DNA of 59,441 nucleotides from a virus (lineage: Duplodnaviria > Caudoviricetes), in the IMG/VR virus record IMGVR_UViG_3300030104_000577, positions 1-59,441 of that record. One strand, given 5' to 3'. A program made the position numbers and the translations under genes. The notes under the pieces are model-generated. The model made no database searches. It was not told where the DNA came from and saw only the letters and a program-made list of their open reading frames with translations. Shown piece after piece: positions 9,728-18,895 of the stretch (position 1 is the stretch's first letter; each line of letters opens with the position of its first letter).

Positions 9728-10630
9728 TCACGATTTAACGTGTTTAGCATATTCTTCAAGTGGGACATTTAGTCTTTTAGCTATTGCTACCTGACTAGGT
9801 GTCAACTTGACTGTGCGTCCTTTTCCTGTTTTCCCTGTCGCCCCTCGGCTTGAGTTAGTAACATTCTCTTGAACGTTCGGTGGTGGGGTTTTTCCTAGTT
9901 TATGAGGAAAAGCCTCAGCCATTCTTTTATCGATCTGCTCATAATATTGATCAGAAGCAGGATCAAATCCTTCTTTTTCTACAAGTTCTTTATGAAAAGC
10001 AAAAGCACTTGTAGTCATAGCTAAATCAGAACCAAACCACTCATTCTTCGAAGCCCACTTTTGAGCTTGTGGGTCTGGTGTTGGAGGTTGTACAGGTGGA
10101 GCAGTTGCTGTTTGTGTTGCTTGCTCAACCTCTACTTCTTTCTCCTCCTCTGGTTTAACTCTTTTTAAACTTTCTAATTCTACTGCAAGTTTCGCAACTT
10201 CTTTCTGAGACTCAAGCATGGCGTCTGTATCACCGATATCATGCGCTTTTTTATACGCTGACTCTGCCGAGCTCAACTGACTCTGGACTCTTGCACTATA
10301 TTCATCATATAGGTTTTTATCTTTTTGTGAAAGGGTTGCTTGAGTATTATTTAATTTTTGCTGCACATTTTGTGCATACTCAATCGCTGCTTTCTCTCTT
10401 CTTTCGGCTTCTCGTATCTTATAAGTTAGTTTATTTATTCTTTTCTTGACTGATTCACTATACTCTGCTATCTCTTCTTCTGATTTATCTTCTTCTTTTA
10501 CTGGTTTTTCTTCTGCAGTTTTTTCTTCAACAACCTCAGGCTCTTCTGTTTCAACCTCAGCTGTTTCAGTTTCTGCTGCTTCTAGTTCTATCTCTACTTC
10601 TTCGTTTTCTTCTTGCATGGGTTCTGCCAT
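9728..10630 (-). CDS. Capsid scaffolding protein (putative)
   Basis: Acidic N-terminus, coiled coil, C-terminal AKRLNVPLEEYAK; between portal and MCP. Confidence 0.65.
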   Translation of the reverse strand: MAEPMQEENEEVEIELEAAETETAEVETEEPEVVEEKTAEEKPVKEEDKSEEEIAEYSESVKKRINKLTYKIREAERREKAAIEYAQNVQQKLNNTQATLSQKDKNLYDEYSARVQSQLSSAESAYKKAHDIGDTDAMLESQKEVAKLAVELESLKRVKPEEEKEVEVEQATQTATAPPVQPPTPDPQAQKWASKNEWFGSDLAMTTSAFAFHKELVEKEGFDPASDQYYEQIDKRMAEAFPHKLGKTPPPNVQENVTNSSRGATGKTGKGRTVKLTPSQVAIAKRLNVPLEEYAKHVKS

Positions 10631-10654
10631 GGTACTGTCCTCTTGTTTGCGTGA

Positions 10655-11122
10655 TTACACGGGAGTTGTTACATCTTCTGGGTTATTTATTACGGCTAAT
10701 ATTTCATCATCGTTCAATAAACGTAAGTCGCCACCCTCTATCTTAATCCTTGCGCCTGCGTATCTGCCAAAGATAACCCAATCTTTTTCTTGACACCATG
10801 CACCGTTAGGGAACTTATTTTTATCTTTATATGCGTCTGGACCAACACTGACTACATAACCTACATTAGTCGACAATCTTTCTTTTTCAACATAGGATTC
10901 TGCTAAAGCTATACCGCCTTTAGTCATAGCTTTTTGACTAAACGGTAGTATTAGTATTCTATAACCAGTCGGAGACGGTAACTGTTCTAGTAAACTCTCG
11001 TCTTCTTGTACTGATTCAGGGGATATTATAGTTTCTTTCTTTTTAAACCGACTTGAATTATCTACGTGGTCTGGTATAGAATTATCTGCGGGATTGTTTC
11101 CCAAAACTTCCTTTACTGACAT
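10655..11122 (-). CDS. groES: Co-chaperonin GroES-like protein
   Basis: PTGYRILI, TKGGI, VVSVGP, VIFGRYAG, LLNDDEILAVI Cpn10 motifs. Confidence 0.8.
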   Translation of the reverse strand: MSVKEVLGNNPADNSIPDHVDNSSRFKKKETIISPESVQEDESLLEQLPSPTGYRILILPFSQKAMTKGGIALAESYVEKERLSTNVGYVVSVGPDAYKDKNKFPNGAWCQEKDWVIFGRYAGARIKIEGGDLRLLNDDEILAVINNPEDVTTPV

Positions 11123-11315
11123 TATCTTCCTCACTACTCTTTTTTTGCAGGTCTAATAATATTCTCTCGGCTGAGCTTAGACCTGTTAACTCACCGAGAA
11201 CTTTTTGATATGCTGCCCAATCTTGAATACCACCAGTCGTGATAACTTCTTCTAGATCAGACTTCCTTAAACGGAGTTCTTTTAAAAATTTTTCTATTAA
11301 ATATATAGGATCCAT
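11082..11315 (-). CDS. Hypothetical protein
   Basis: DWAAYQKVLGELTGL helix-hairpin; TAATG coupling to upstream gene. Confidence 0.6.
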   Translation of the reverse strand: MDPIYLIEKFLKELRLRKSDLEEVITTGGIQDWAAYQKVLGELTGLSSAERILLDLQKKSSEEDNVSKGSFGKQSRR

Positions 11316-11581
11316 TAACAACCCCAATCTCTACGCGCCCAATAGTTAGCTTTCATTCTATCACTACCTAAACCACTGCTGCGTGCGCAATATGCTTTTT
11401 TGCGTTTTTTATTATTTTTGTGCATACCTAAGTTAGCATCCCCAAATGTAATTTTTTTAACTCTGCCTGTACTAGGATTTTTTACGAAAACGACTTTACG
11501 TTTTTTACCGTATCCAGTTTCTCCTTTGCGGAGAGCTCTTGGAGAATTTAATTTTACTGTTTTACCCTGATACTCAGCCAT
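11315..11581 (-). CDS. Small basic hypothetical protein
   Basis: VKKITFGD...AYCAR...ANYWAR motif; overlapping start/stop. Confidence 0.6.
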   Translation of the reverse strand: MAEYQGKTVKLNSPRALRKGETGYGKKRKVVFVKNPSTGRVKKITFGDANLGMHKNNKKRKKAYCARSSGLGSDRMKANYWARRDWGC

Positions 11582-11972
11582 CTTGTCCCCATACTTTAGT
11601 TTTAGATCCACCCCAATATTCTACAGCGTGTCCTTCTTCTATTAATTTAGCGCAAATATCCTCACCGTCTTCTGTGTATGGAACACCTAGTATCCTGCCA
11701 TACTTGCCTTTACCTAACGATTTAACTTTAAAAGAACCAGTACAAAGTTCTTTTAATCTTTCTTTTGCTGCTTTGCCCATAACTTTTTCTTTAGCTCTTT
11801 CTGGGTATCTTTTTGTATTAATTCTAGATTCAGGAGTATCGATTCCTGCTAAACGTACTCTTTGTTTATGTAATCTCACATTAAATCCTAAATCTATGAC
11901 ACAATCAAATGTGTCCCCATCAACAATTCTTTCTAGCGTAGCATTATAGACAAATGCTTCTGGAGCACTCAC
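11574..11972 (-). CDS. Thermonuclease (SNase-like)
   Basis: RIVDGDT, VRLAGIDTPE, GKYGRILG motifs. Confidence 0.85.
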   Translation of the reverse strand: MSAPEAFVYNATLERIVDGDTFDCVIDLGFNVRLHKQRVRLAGIDTPESRINTKRYPERAKEKVMGKAAKERLKELCTGSFKVKSLGKGKYGRILGVPYTEDGEDICAKLIEEGHAVEYWGGSKTKVWGQDG

Positions 11973-12160
11973 TATCTTTTACCGCTTGAACTCGTATTGT
12001 ATTTTAAACCTTTAGTTGCAGCACCGCCACCCTGTACCGTACTTTGACCTTTACCAAAAACATCTTTGTATAAAGCTGTCCCAGAAGTTACAGGTTTAGC
12101 AAGATTTATTCGATCTGGTCCTGGCACACTAACTGTTTTATATTTAGTTGTATCTTTCAT
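11972..12160 (-). CDS. Small basic hypothetical protein
   Basis: GGGAATKG motif; RBS GGGGTG. Confidence 0.55.
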   Translation of the reverse strand: MKDTTKYKTVSVPGPDRINLAKPVTSGTALYKDVFGKGQSTVQGGGAATKGLKYNTSSSGKR

Positions 12161-12168
12161 AATCACCC

Positions 12169-12366
12169 CTATGAGTATTTAGTTCTTTTTCTTTTTTCAT
12201 CCATTACAGCACCGCATCCTCTATGCATACCAGATTTTACAGCACCACCTACTTTGAAGGATTGTCCCTTCTTCATTGCTTTAAAGTCGGCACCAGTTAT
12301 CTTGTCTCTAGGTTCTGCAACTGCTGCTAATTTTTTCTGTTTAGCTGAATATTTACTTTTAGGCAT
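12169..12366 (-). CDS. Small basic hypothetical protein
   Basis: KITGADF, FKVGGAV, RGCGAV motifs. Confidence 0.6.
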   Translation of the reverse strand: MPKSKYSAKQKKLAAVAEPRDKITGADFKAMKKGQSFKVGGAVKSGMHRGCGAVMDEKRKRTKYS

Positions 12367-12667
12367 TTTTACTTCCTTTCTGTGCTGCTCTTATATTCGC
12401 TTCGGTCGGTGCGCCTTTATCACCTTTCTTACGCATTCTTTCTCCGCTACCAGCTTTTATGCGTTTGCGTTTTGCGTGAATATTAGCCCAGAGACCAGGA
12501 CGACCACCATCTTTCATACCTTCACGATACTCGCCACCGCCAGCCATTTCCTTTTTCTTTTTCTCTGCGGCACCGCCATATCCCATCTTCTCGACTTTAC
12601 CGCCATATTCAAACGTTCTTTTATACATATCAAGATCCCTTAGTCTTAGTGTCCGACGATCTGACAT
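12359..12667 (-). CDS. Small basic hypothetical protein with xxGG repeats
   Basis: Four [FM]xxGG units then GLWANIHAKRKRI; start codon uncertain. Confidence 0.55.
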   Translation of the reverse strand: MSDRRTLRLRDLDMYKRTFEYGGKVEKMGYGGAAEKKKKEMAGGGEYREGMKDGGRPGLWANIHAKRKRIKAGSGERMRKKGDKGAPTEANIRAAQKGSKNA

Positions 12668-15026
12668 CTTTCAATATCTGACCGTATGTTTTCGTTGATT
12701 CATTTTGAGCTTTCATCATTGATTCTTCTCTATCCTGCGCAACTTTCATTTCAGCTATTGCTTCTTGTGATTCTATTCTAGCTAAATCTACCTCGCTTCG
12801 TAAAGCGTCTGATTGTGCTCTTTGAGCGATTTCTTCTTTCTTAATTTCTACTACAGGATCTACTTGAGCATTTTGCATAGCTTGTGCCATAGCTTGTGCT
12901 TGACCAGTAACTTGTTGTGTTGCTGTTGCTGCAGCTAGTGCTATCTCATTCATGACTTCTGGAGGCATCTGACCTTCTTCCATCTGTGGTAGTTTTTGAC
13001 CCATGGCTTGCTCAATTTGAATCTTATACAACATTGCTTGATGCTCTTGTATGTTTGCAGATATAGCTGATGCTGCTACTGGATTCTGTTGTGACATTGG
13101 GTTTTGTAAAAACGCTGAATGAGAAGTTATGTATGCCTCGTGATTTTGAAACTCAAAAGCTCTTATAGGTTGTCCCATCATTGCTGCCTGCTGTTCACTT
13201 ATAGGATCTCTAGGTGAAACTTCTTGTGGCTCAGGGAGCAGTAATTCTATATTTTTAATCTCTAACGCTTCGTACATTCTTTTATACGCTTCGCGTAGGT
13301 TGTGTATTTCAGGTGCTGATTGTGCCATCTGTAATTCTTGTTGAGCAATCATAACTCTTTGAGACATACTGAATATGTTAGGGTCACTTACAGGAATAAT
13401 ATCTACCCTATCGTCAAAGTCTGTTTGTTTTATTGATTGATCTGCACCAGAAACTTGGTATGGATATATAGGTGGTAGTGACCTAGCAAACACATTCGCT
13501 AGTAACCTGAACTCTTTTTTCTGAGCAAAGTGAAGTCGTTTATGTATGGCGGACATTACTTTTGTACCACGTTCCAACATAGCTACCGTAGTTCCTACTG
13601 GAAGTTGTTGACTGCCGATATCTCCTACTTGCATGTCTGCTATACTTGCGAATCTTCTACCTGAGTCTATAAGTATACCGAGTAACTGACTTAATACTGC
13701 GCTTGGCTCTTTATACGGTAAAGGCATCAATGAGTCACGGATTGTACCTCCTGGAACATCGACATCTCTAAATTCTCCAGGACGTAAAGGTTCATCTTCG
13801 CCCTGTACTCTCATACCGCGTGCTTTAAACCCTGCTGGTAGGTTTGCGAGTGTACCAGCGTCAATAAGCTGTCTTAGTAATGAAGTTGCGGACTTAGTTA
13901 GCCCTCCAATCATGTGAATTAACCCAAAACCATAAAAACCGAGTCCTGGAAGGAACTTATAGTGTATGAAATACTCTTTTTTACGGAATAATTCGTCGTT
14001 TAAGTTCCAGTTTCTTCTCATTGACAGTATCTTACCGCTGTCTTCAAGGATTGTTACTATATAAGGTACAGCGTAATCGAACTCATCTATGCCTTCTAAC
14101 TCTAAATTTACGTGTATTTCTAGTAGTTTATACTCATTATAATCGCTAGACGGCTTACTTAGCCCTTGTAACTCGTCCATTTTCTCTTTTGCTTCGTCTA
14201 AATCAATTTCTCCAGGATTTCCTATCGGAATATCGCGAAAAGTACCGTTTATTTGCATTTTTCGGATGTCATTTCCTGTCATATTGATGGTATGAGTGAT
14301 TCTAGGGCTAGTTTCTAGGTTTGTAGTGTCGTAACTGACTACTAAATCCTCTGCTTTGACAAAACTAGAGGTAGCACGGTTTAAAAGTGAGTCAAAATAC
14401 ACTTTTTTGAACGCAGATCCTGCTAAAGGAAGGTAAAATAGCAAACTGTCCATGTCTGGATCGTATTCTTGCATAACTTCCGTGATCTGGTAGTTCATAA
14501 ACTCCTTAACTCGGGCACATTGTGCCATAACTTCGGGATTTTCCGCACCAACGGTCTGAGTTTTCACTGGACCTTGTGCTGGAAGGAGTTCTTTATATGC
14601 TTGTGCCTGAAACTGTGTTGCTGCTTCTGCTAAAAGTGGGTGTGTTACACCACTAGCTCCTGGGAATGGTTGTTCTCTTTCTTCTGATTTAATACCGAGT
14701 AGATCTAAACCGTCAGAAAATGTTTCTAACCACTCTTCTCTTGATTGTTTATCTTCTTCATACTGAGAGCAAAGTTCACTACTAATCTCGTCTAGTTGAT
14801 CTTCGTCTAAAACTTCTGTTAAATTGACATTGTGCTCTGTCATGATAGTTTCTTCAGACATAGCAACTGGTGTTAATTCACCGTTAGGAGATATTTGAAA
14901 CTCAGCGGTGTTCTCACCCTGAATATTCATTTCCTCTGGAAGTTCTACTGTGATTTCTTCCTCTGGTGATGGTTGTTGTAAAGGATCTACACCTTTTGAT
15001 GGATATCTTTGTACTTCAATCGCCAT
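12630..15026 (-). CDS. Portal protein
   Basis: 798 aa after TerL; PFPGASGVTHPLL, LPLAGSAFKKVY, LIDAGTLANL motifs; Q-rich C-terminal barrel. Confidence 0.85.
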   Translation of the reverse strand: MAIEVQRYPSKGVDPLQQPSPEEEITVELPEEMNIQGENTAEFQISPNGELTPVAMSEETIMTEHNVNLTEVLDEDQLDEISSELCSQYEEDKQSREEWLETFSDGLDLLGIKSEEREQPFPGASGVTHPLLAEAATQFQAQAYKELLPAQGPVKTQTVGAENPEVMAQCARVKEFMNYQITEVMQEYDPDMDSLLFYLPLAGSAFKKVYFDSLLNRATSSFVKAEDLVVSYDTTNLETSPRITHTINMTGNDIRKMQINGTFRDIPIGNPGEIDLDEAKEKMDELQGLSKPSSDYNEYKLLEIHVNLELEGIDEFDYAVPYIVTILEDSGKILSMRRNWNLNDELFRKKEYFIHYKFLPGLGFYGFGLIHMIGGLTKSATSLLRQLIDAGTLANLPAGFKARGMRVQGEDEPLRPGEFRDVDVPGGTIRDSLMPLPYKEPSAVLSQLLGILIDSGRRFASIADMQVGDIGSQQLPVGTTVAMLERGTKVMSAIHKRLHFAQKKEFRLLANVFARSLPPIYPYQVSGADQSIKQTDFDDRVDIIPVSDPNIFSMSQRVMIAQQELQMAQSAPEIHNLREAYKRMYEALEIKNIELLLPEPQEVSPRDPISEQQAAMMGQPIRAFEFQNHEAYITSHSAFLQNPMSQQNPVAASAISANIQEHQAMLYKIQIEQAMGQKLPQMEEGQMPPEVMNEIALAAATATQQVTGQAQAMAQAMQNAQVDPVVEIKKEEIAQRAQSDALRSEVDLARIESQEAIAEMKVAQDREESMMKAQNESTKTYGQILKDVRSSDTKTKGS

Positions 15027-15048
15027 AATAATAACCTTTTGTCATTGA

Positions 15049-16578
15049 TCAATAGTAACTCATTTTCTTACGATATAAAACCTCTTCTTCGTAATCTGAC
15101 GGCAACTTGATAAATCCTCCTTGCCTAAAACGCATCAGAGCTTGAGTTGTTGAGTCGACTAAATCGTCGTGATCCCCTGCTGGAAAAGCTGCACACTCTT
15201 CTATAACATCGTGTGCCCAGTTTGTATCAGGATACCAAACCATCCCCGACTCAAACAACGGTGCAGTTGCATTTACCCTTGCGACTTTGTCATTTCCGCG
15301 AGATGGCGTAAAATTTTGTACAGGAATACCTATGTTCCTTAGTTCTTGTGTGAGAGGTACTCCCGATGCTTTTCCCTCTATTATAACCACGTCAGGTGTC
15401 CAATGTTCGTATTGTGAAAGTGCAACACCTTTTAGTTCTGGGAAGTTGTACCTGCCTTTTACGACATCTAATAGAATAATATGCGGAGCATCTCCTGCGT
15501 ATATTTCATCACCGCCTAATCTGCCTTCTGGGTAAAACACTCCCCAAGTTGTGATAGCAGAATAGTCTGCCATTTGACTTTTTAAAAACGCAGTGTCGTA
15601 ACTTTGTATGATATATTCACAGGACGGTGGGTTTTTATTTTGCCATTCTTTCCACCACTCTCTCTTGATAAGTGCGCCTTCTTCCGAGGTCGGATTCTGC
15701 ATATATTGCGCGTGCCATTTTGGACCACCGCGAAGTGATGCCTTGACACTTTCGAGTTCTTCTATTCGCCAGTACTCTGGCCACAGTGGTTTACCACTCG
15801 GCATTATAGCAGGCAGTTCTATAACTTCCCACTGATCTGCTTTCGGATCTCGTGCTGCATCTTTGAGTAATCTACCTGTAAGATCATTGACGTTCCACCT
15901 TGTCATCACGATTACAATCGCACCTCCAGGTTGTAGTCGTTGACGTGGACCAGAAGTGTACCATTCGTAAGTATCGTCCATGGACTTAGGGTTCATGGCG
16001 TCTTGCTCTGAGTGTGGGTCGTCGATAATAAATAGATCCGCACCACGACCAGCTAGTGCACCGCCCACACCTGCTGCATAATATTCACCTTTAAGTTTAG
16101 GGTTGCGCTTGTCTTGTGTTTCCCACTTACCTGCTGCTTTTGAGTCTGGGTTAATAAGCACATTGTCAAACACAGATTGAAAATCTTCTGTTAACATTAA
16201 GTCACGAATCTTACGACCAAACTTTACCGCGAGGTCGGCAGTGTGTGTGGCTTGTAGTATTTTGAGTGATGGGTTACGACCTACGAGATACGCAGGAAAC
16301 ATGTGGCTCGCAAACTCACTCTTCGTGTGCCGTGGTGGCATGTTTATAATTAATCTTTTTATCTTACCGTCTGCGATACGATCAAAAGCATCTGCCATGG
16401 TTTTATGATGCTGACCTTGTATAAACGATGGCCATTGACTTTTGACGAAAGGTAAGAAACCTTTCTGCGCTTCTTCTACGTCTTTGAGTTGTTTTAACCT
16501 CTCGGTAAGTTCTAGGTGTTCTTTTAAAACGTCGAGAGGAATCTCCTCTGCGTTTTCTATAAAATTATCAGTCATCAA
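15049..16578 (-). CDS. terL: Terminase large subunit
   Basis: MPPRHTKS Walker A, IIDDPH Walker B, MTRW motif, SYDTA and HDDLVDS nuclease motifs. Confidence 0.95.
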   Translation of the reverse strand: MMTDNFIENAEEIPLDVLKEHLELTERLKQLKDVEEAQKGFLPFVKSQWPSFIQGQHHKTMADAFDRIADGKIKRLIINMPPRHTKSEFASHMFPAYLVGRNPSLKILQATHTADLAVKFGRKIRDLMLTEDFQSVFDNVLINPDSKAAGKWETQDKRNPKLKGEYYAAGVGGALAGRGADLFIIDDPHSEQDAMNPKSMDDTYEWYTSGPRQRLQPGGAIVIVMTRWNVNDLTGRLLKDAARDPKADQWEVIELPAIMPSGKPLWPEYWRIEELESVKASLRGGPKWHAQYMQNPTSEEGALIKREWWKEWQNKNPPSCEYIIQSYDTAFLKSQMADYSAITTWGVFYPEGRLGGDEIYAGDAPHIILLDVVKGRYNFPELKGVALSQYEHWTPDVVIIEGKASGVPLTQELRNIGIPVQNFTPSRGNDKVARVNATAPLFESGMVWYPDTNWAHDVIEECAAFPAGDHDDLVDSTTQALMRFRQGGFIKLPSDYEEEVLYRKKMSYY

Positions 16579-17464
16579 ACTTTCTGAATGATCCTAATCC
16601 ACCTTGTGTTCTAGCTATATCTTTCATTGTCTCACGTAGCTTTTGTAATCCTGTGTCGAACTGTTCTTGTGTTTGTTGAGGAGCGTTCAGCGACGCTTTG
16701 TATTGTTTATACTTGCCTAGTTGTTCTGGGGTAAACTTATTTATCTCGTTATCTATGTTTTTTAGTTTGCGTCTTGCGGCAGCGACTTCTCCTGGTGCAT
16801 TCATCATGTCTCCACCAACTTTTAATTCTCTTTGCGCAACTCTTCTCATATCATACAAGTTATCTAGTCTTTTGAAATAACCTAGTGGTGTCATACTTAG
16901 TAGTGATTCACCCACGGATCGAGGTGCCATGGACATTGCGCCTTGGTACACAGGATTATCTATAAGTTGCGGGAATCTATCCATCGCGAGGGCATTGAGT
17001 CCACCGCCCATGAAGTTACTGAGCATAGACCGATCTGCGTCGTTCGTGGCTCGCATCTCTGCTTCACCGCCAGTTTGCATTTCTTGAGGTTGAGCTTTGA
17101 CTGTGTCTTCTACACCTTGCTTGATTGCTTCTTGAACTTCTGGTGCTTTTAGACTGCCAGTTTCGTACAGTCGTTTAGCGAGCATGGGTAGTGATTCAAA
17201 ACCTGCTGTATAGTACGCTAAAGATAGTAATCCTGCATTTTTAATTCTTCCGAGAACATCCTGTCTTGCAGGTTCCATCATACCTGAAAGAAGATTTGCT
17301 AGTTGAGTGTGATTATCAAATGCGATTTGATTACCCCAAGAGTCTTTACCTTTGCCTGTTAGTCTTGCCCAAAACTCGTCTGCAGTTTCTGGACCATTGG
17401 CTTTGGACTCTCCTCCTTTTTCAAAACCGTATTGAAGTGGTATCATGTTCCTGCTAATCGTCAT
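16568..17464 (-). CDS. Hypothetical protein (possible internal virion protein)
   Basis: 298-aa ORF coupled to TerL; FEKGGE/MQTGGE motifs. Confidence 0.6.
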   Translation of the reverse strand: MTISRNMIPLQYGFEKGGESKANGPETADEFWARLTGKGKDSWGNQIAFDNHTQLANLLSGMMEPARQDVLGRIKNAGLLSLAYYTAGFESLPMLAKRLYETGSLKAPEVQEAIKQGVEDTVKAQPQEMQTGGEAEMRATNDADRSMLSNFMGGGLNALAMDRFPQLIDNPVYQGAMSMAPRSVGESLLSMTPLGYFKRLDNLYDMRRVAQRELKVGGDMMNAPGEVAAARRKLKNIDNEINKFTPEQLGKYKQYKASLNAPQQTQEQFDTGLQKLRETMKDIARTQGGLGSFRKFDD

Positions 17465-17704
17465 GTAGTGATCCCATATGTAAAAAATTTTTGCAAAATA
17501 TTTTTTATAACTAGACTTCTGACCATTAGTGTATTACACTATTGTCGAAAAGTAAAATTTTATTGGGATGTATCTCGAAAACCGACACACCACGCTTCGC
17601 GTAGTATGGTGTCTCAAAAGGGGGGTGGGGGGGTGGACCAGCAACCGTAGGCAGGAGGACCGAATTACTGAGCTACAGTTACAGCTGGCGCCAACCCCTG
17701 ATCT

Positions 17705-17966
17705 CACCACCACCAGCCAACAGCCAGCCAACAGCGAGCCTGAGCGACCACCCAGCCAGCCCGAGCCACCAGCGAGCCACAGCCAGCCACCACCGAGCAC
17801 TGCCCAGCCAGCCACAGCCAGCCACCAGTGACCCCGACCCACCAGCCAGTGGTCTCGAGCATGAGCACCAGTTCGACTACGAGCACCAGCCCGAGCACCA
17901 GTCCGAGCACCAGTTCGACTACGAGCACCAGTCCGACTACGAGCACCAGCACCAGCCCGAGCACCA
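17705..17966. repeat. GC-rich strand-biased repeat tract (CAGC/CCAC units then GAGCACCA repeats) with Chi-like octamers
   Basis: Seven GAGCACCA units at 17863-17966; CCACCAGC at 17710, 17766, 17839; only 2 T in 17705-17828. Confidence 0.9.
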
Positions 17967-17998
17967 TAAAAAAAGATTAAAAAAAGTCAAATAAATAC

Positions 17999-18027
17999 TT
18001 TACTTTTATATACTTTTATTATAGACT
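17999..18027 (+). promoter_or_regulatory. Sigma70-like promoter
   Basis: TTTACT-N17-TAGACT preceded by A-tracts; near-identical copy at 18867-18895 on minus strand. Confidence 0.65.
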
Positions 18028-18097
18028 ATAAGGGTATTAATTAATAGGGTAATTAATACTAACTACTAAATAGTAACCCTAAATAAAGGAAAACAAA

Positions 18098-18334
18098 ATG
18101 TCAAAAACTACTAAAAAAGCTAAAGTCGCTGTAAAAGTTAACTTAGGCGGTTTACCAGAAAACGCGGTTTATACTAAAACTGGTAAAATAGCTAGGGCGG
18201 TTCATAACGCTGAGCGTCACGAGTTATATAACGGTAAAACGGTCAAGGAAATATTAAGTATCAAACCTACCGTTATGACCCCAGCGGATATTAAGTATGA
18301 TGTAAAAGTAGGGTTCATCACCTTAGAAAGTTAA
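18098..18334 (+). CDS. Small basic early protein, paralog 1
   Basis: AAGGA RBS, own promoter and terminator; highly similar to 18559..18789. Confidence 0.85.
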   Translation: MSKTTKKAKVAVKVNLGGLPENAVYTKTGKIARAVHNAERHELYNGKTVKEILSIKPTVMTPADIKYDVKVGFITLES

Positions 18335-18347
18335 GGTAACTCCCCTC

Positions 18348-18376
18348 AGGGCTACGGTAAAACGTAGCCCTTTTTT
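18348..18376 (+). terminator. Rho-independent terminator
   Basis: AGGGCUACG-GUAAAA-CGUAGCCCU then U-tract. Confidence 0.85.
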
Positions 18377-18531
18377 ACGCACAGAAAACAGTTCAGATCA
18401 GATTATGAACTACTTTATATATAGAACTAGACTTAGTATATAGGTCTGTTCTGATCTGAAAAAGCAGATATGGTTTACAGAGCAATATGGTTTACAGAGA
18501 ATCGTTCAGATCTGAATATTAGGGGTAAAGG

Positions 18532-18551
18532 AAAAGGGGACCGAAGTCCCC
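18532..18551 (-). terminator. Rho-independent terminator
   Basis: GGGGAC-UUCG-GUCCCC-UUUU directly after paralog 2. Confidence 0.8.
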
Positions 18552-18558
18552 CTAACTA

Positions 18559-18789
18559 TTATTCAATAGTTATAAACCCCGTTTTTACATCATACTTGAT
18601 ATCTGCGAGGGTCATCCTAGTAGGTTTAAGCGATAAGATCTCTTTTATAGTTTTACCGTTAAACTCTTCGTGACGTTCCGCGTTATGAGTAGCGCGGGCT
18701 ATTTTCCCAGTAGCGGTATAAATACCAGCGGGAGCGAACGGTCCACAGTTCACTTTTACTTCTTGAGGTTTAGTAGCTTTTTTAGCCAT
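18559..18789 (-). CDS. Small basic early protein, paralog 2
   Basis: AAGGTGA RBS; shares TGKIARAxHNAERHExxNGKTxKEILSxKPT...ADIKYDVKxGFIT with paralog 1. Confidence 0.85.
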   Translation of the reverse strand: MAKKATKPQEVKVNCGPFAPAGIYTATGKIARATHNAERHEEFNGKTIKEILSLKPTRMTLADIKYDVKTGFITIE

Positions 18790-18866
18790 TATAATCACCT
18801 TTATTTAGGGTTATTTAGTAGTAGATTTATTAGTATAATCACCCTATTAATTAAACTAATGACTAT

Positions 18867-18895
18867 ATCATATTATAAAAGTATATAAAAGTAAA
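18867..18895 (-). promoter_or_regulatory. Sigma70-like promoter
   Basis: TTTACT-N17-TATGAT, duplicate of the promoter at 17999. Confidence 0.65.

Noticed and set aside
17863-17966. CRISPR-like or coding interpretation of the GAGCACCAG repeats (ORFs 17534-17967)
   Set aside because: Units are 12-18 nt with no unique spacers, and no cas operon is present. The ORFs are low-complexity by-products of the repeats and lack an RBS.
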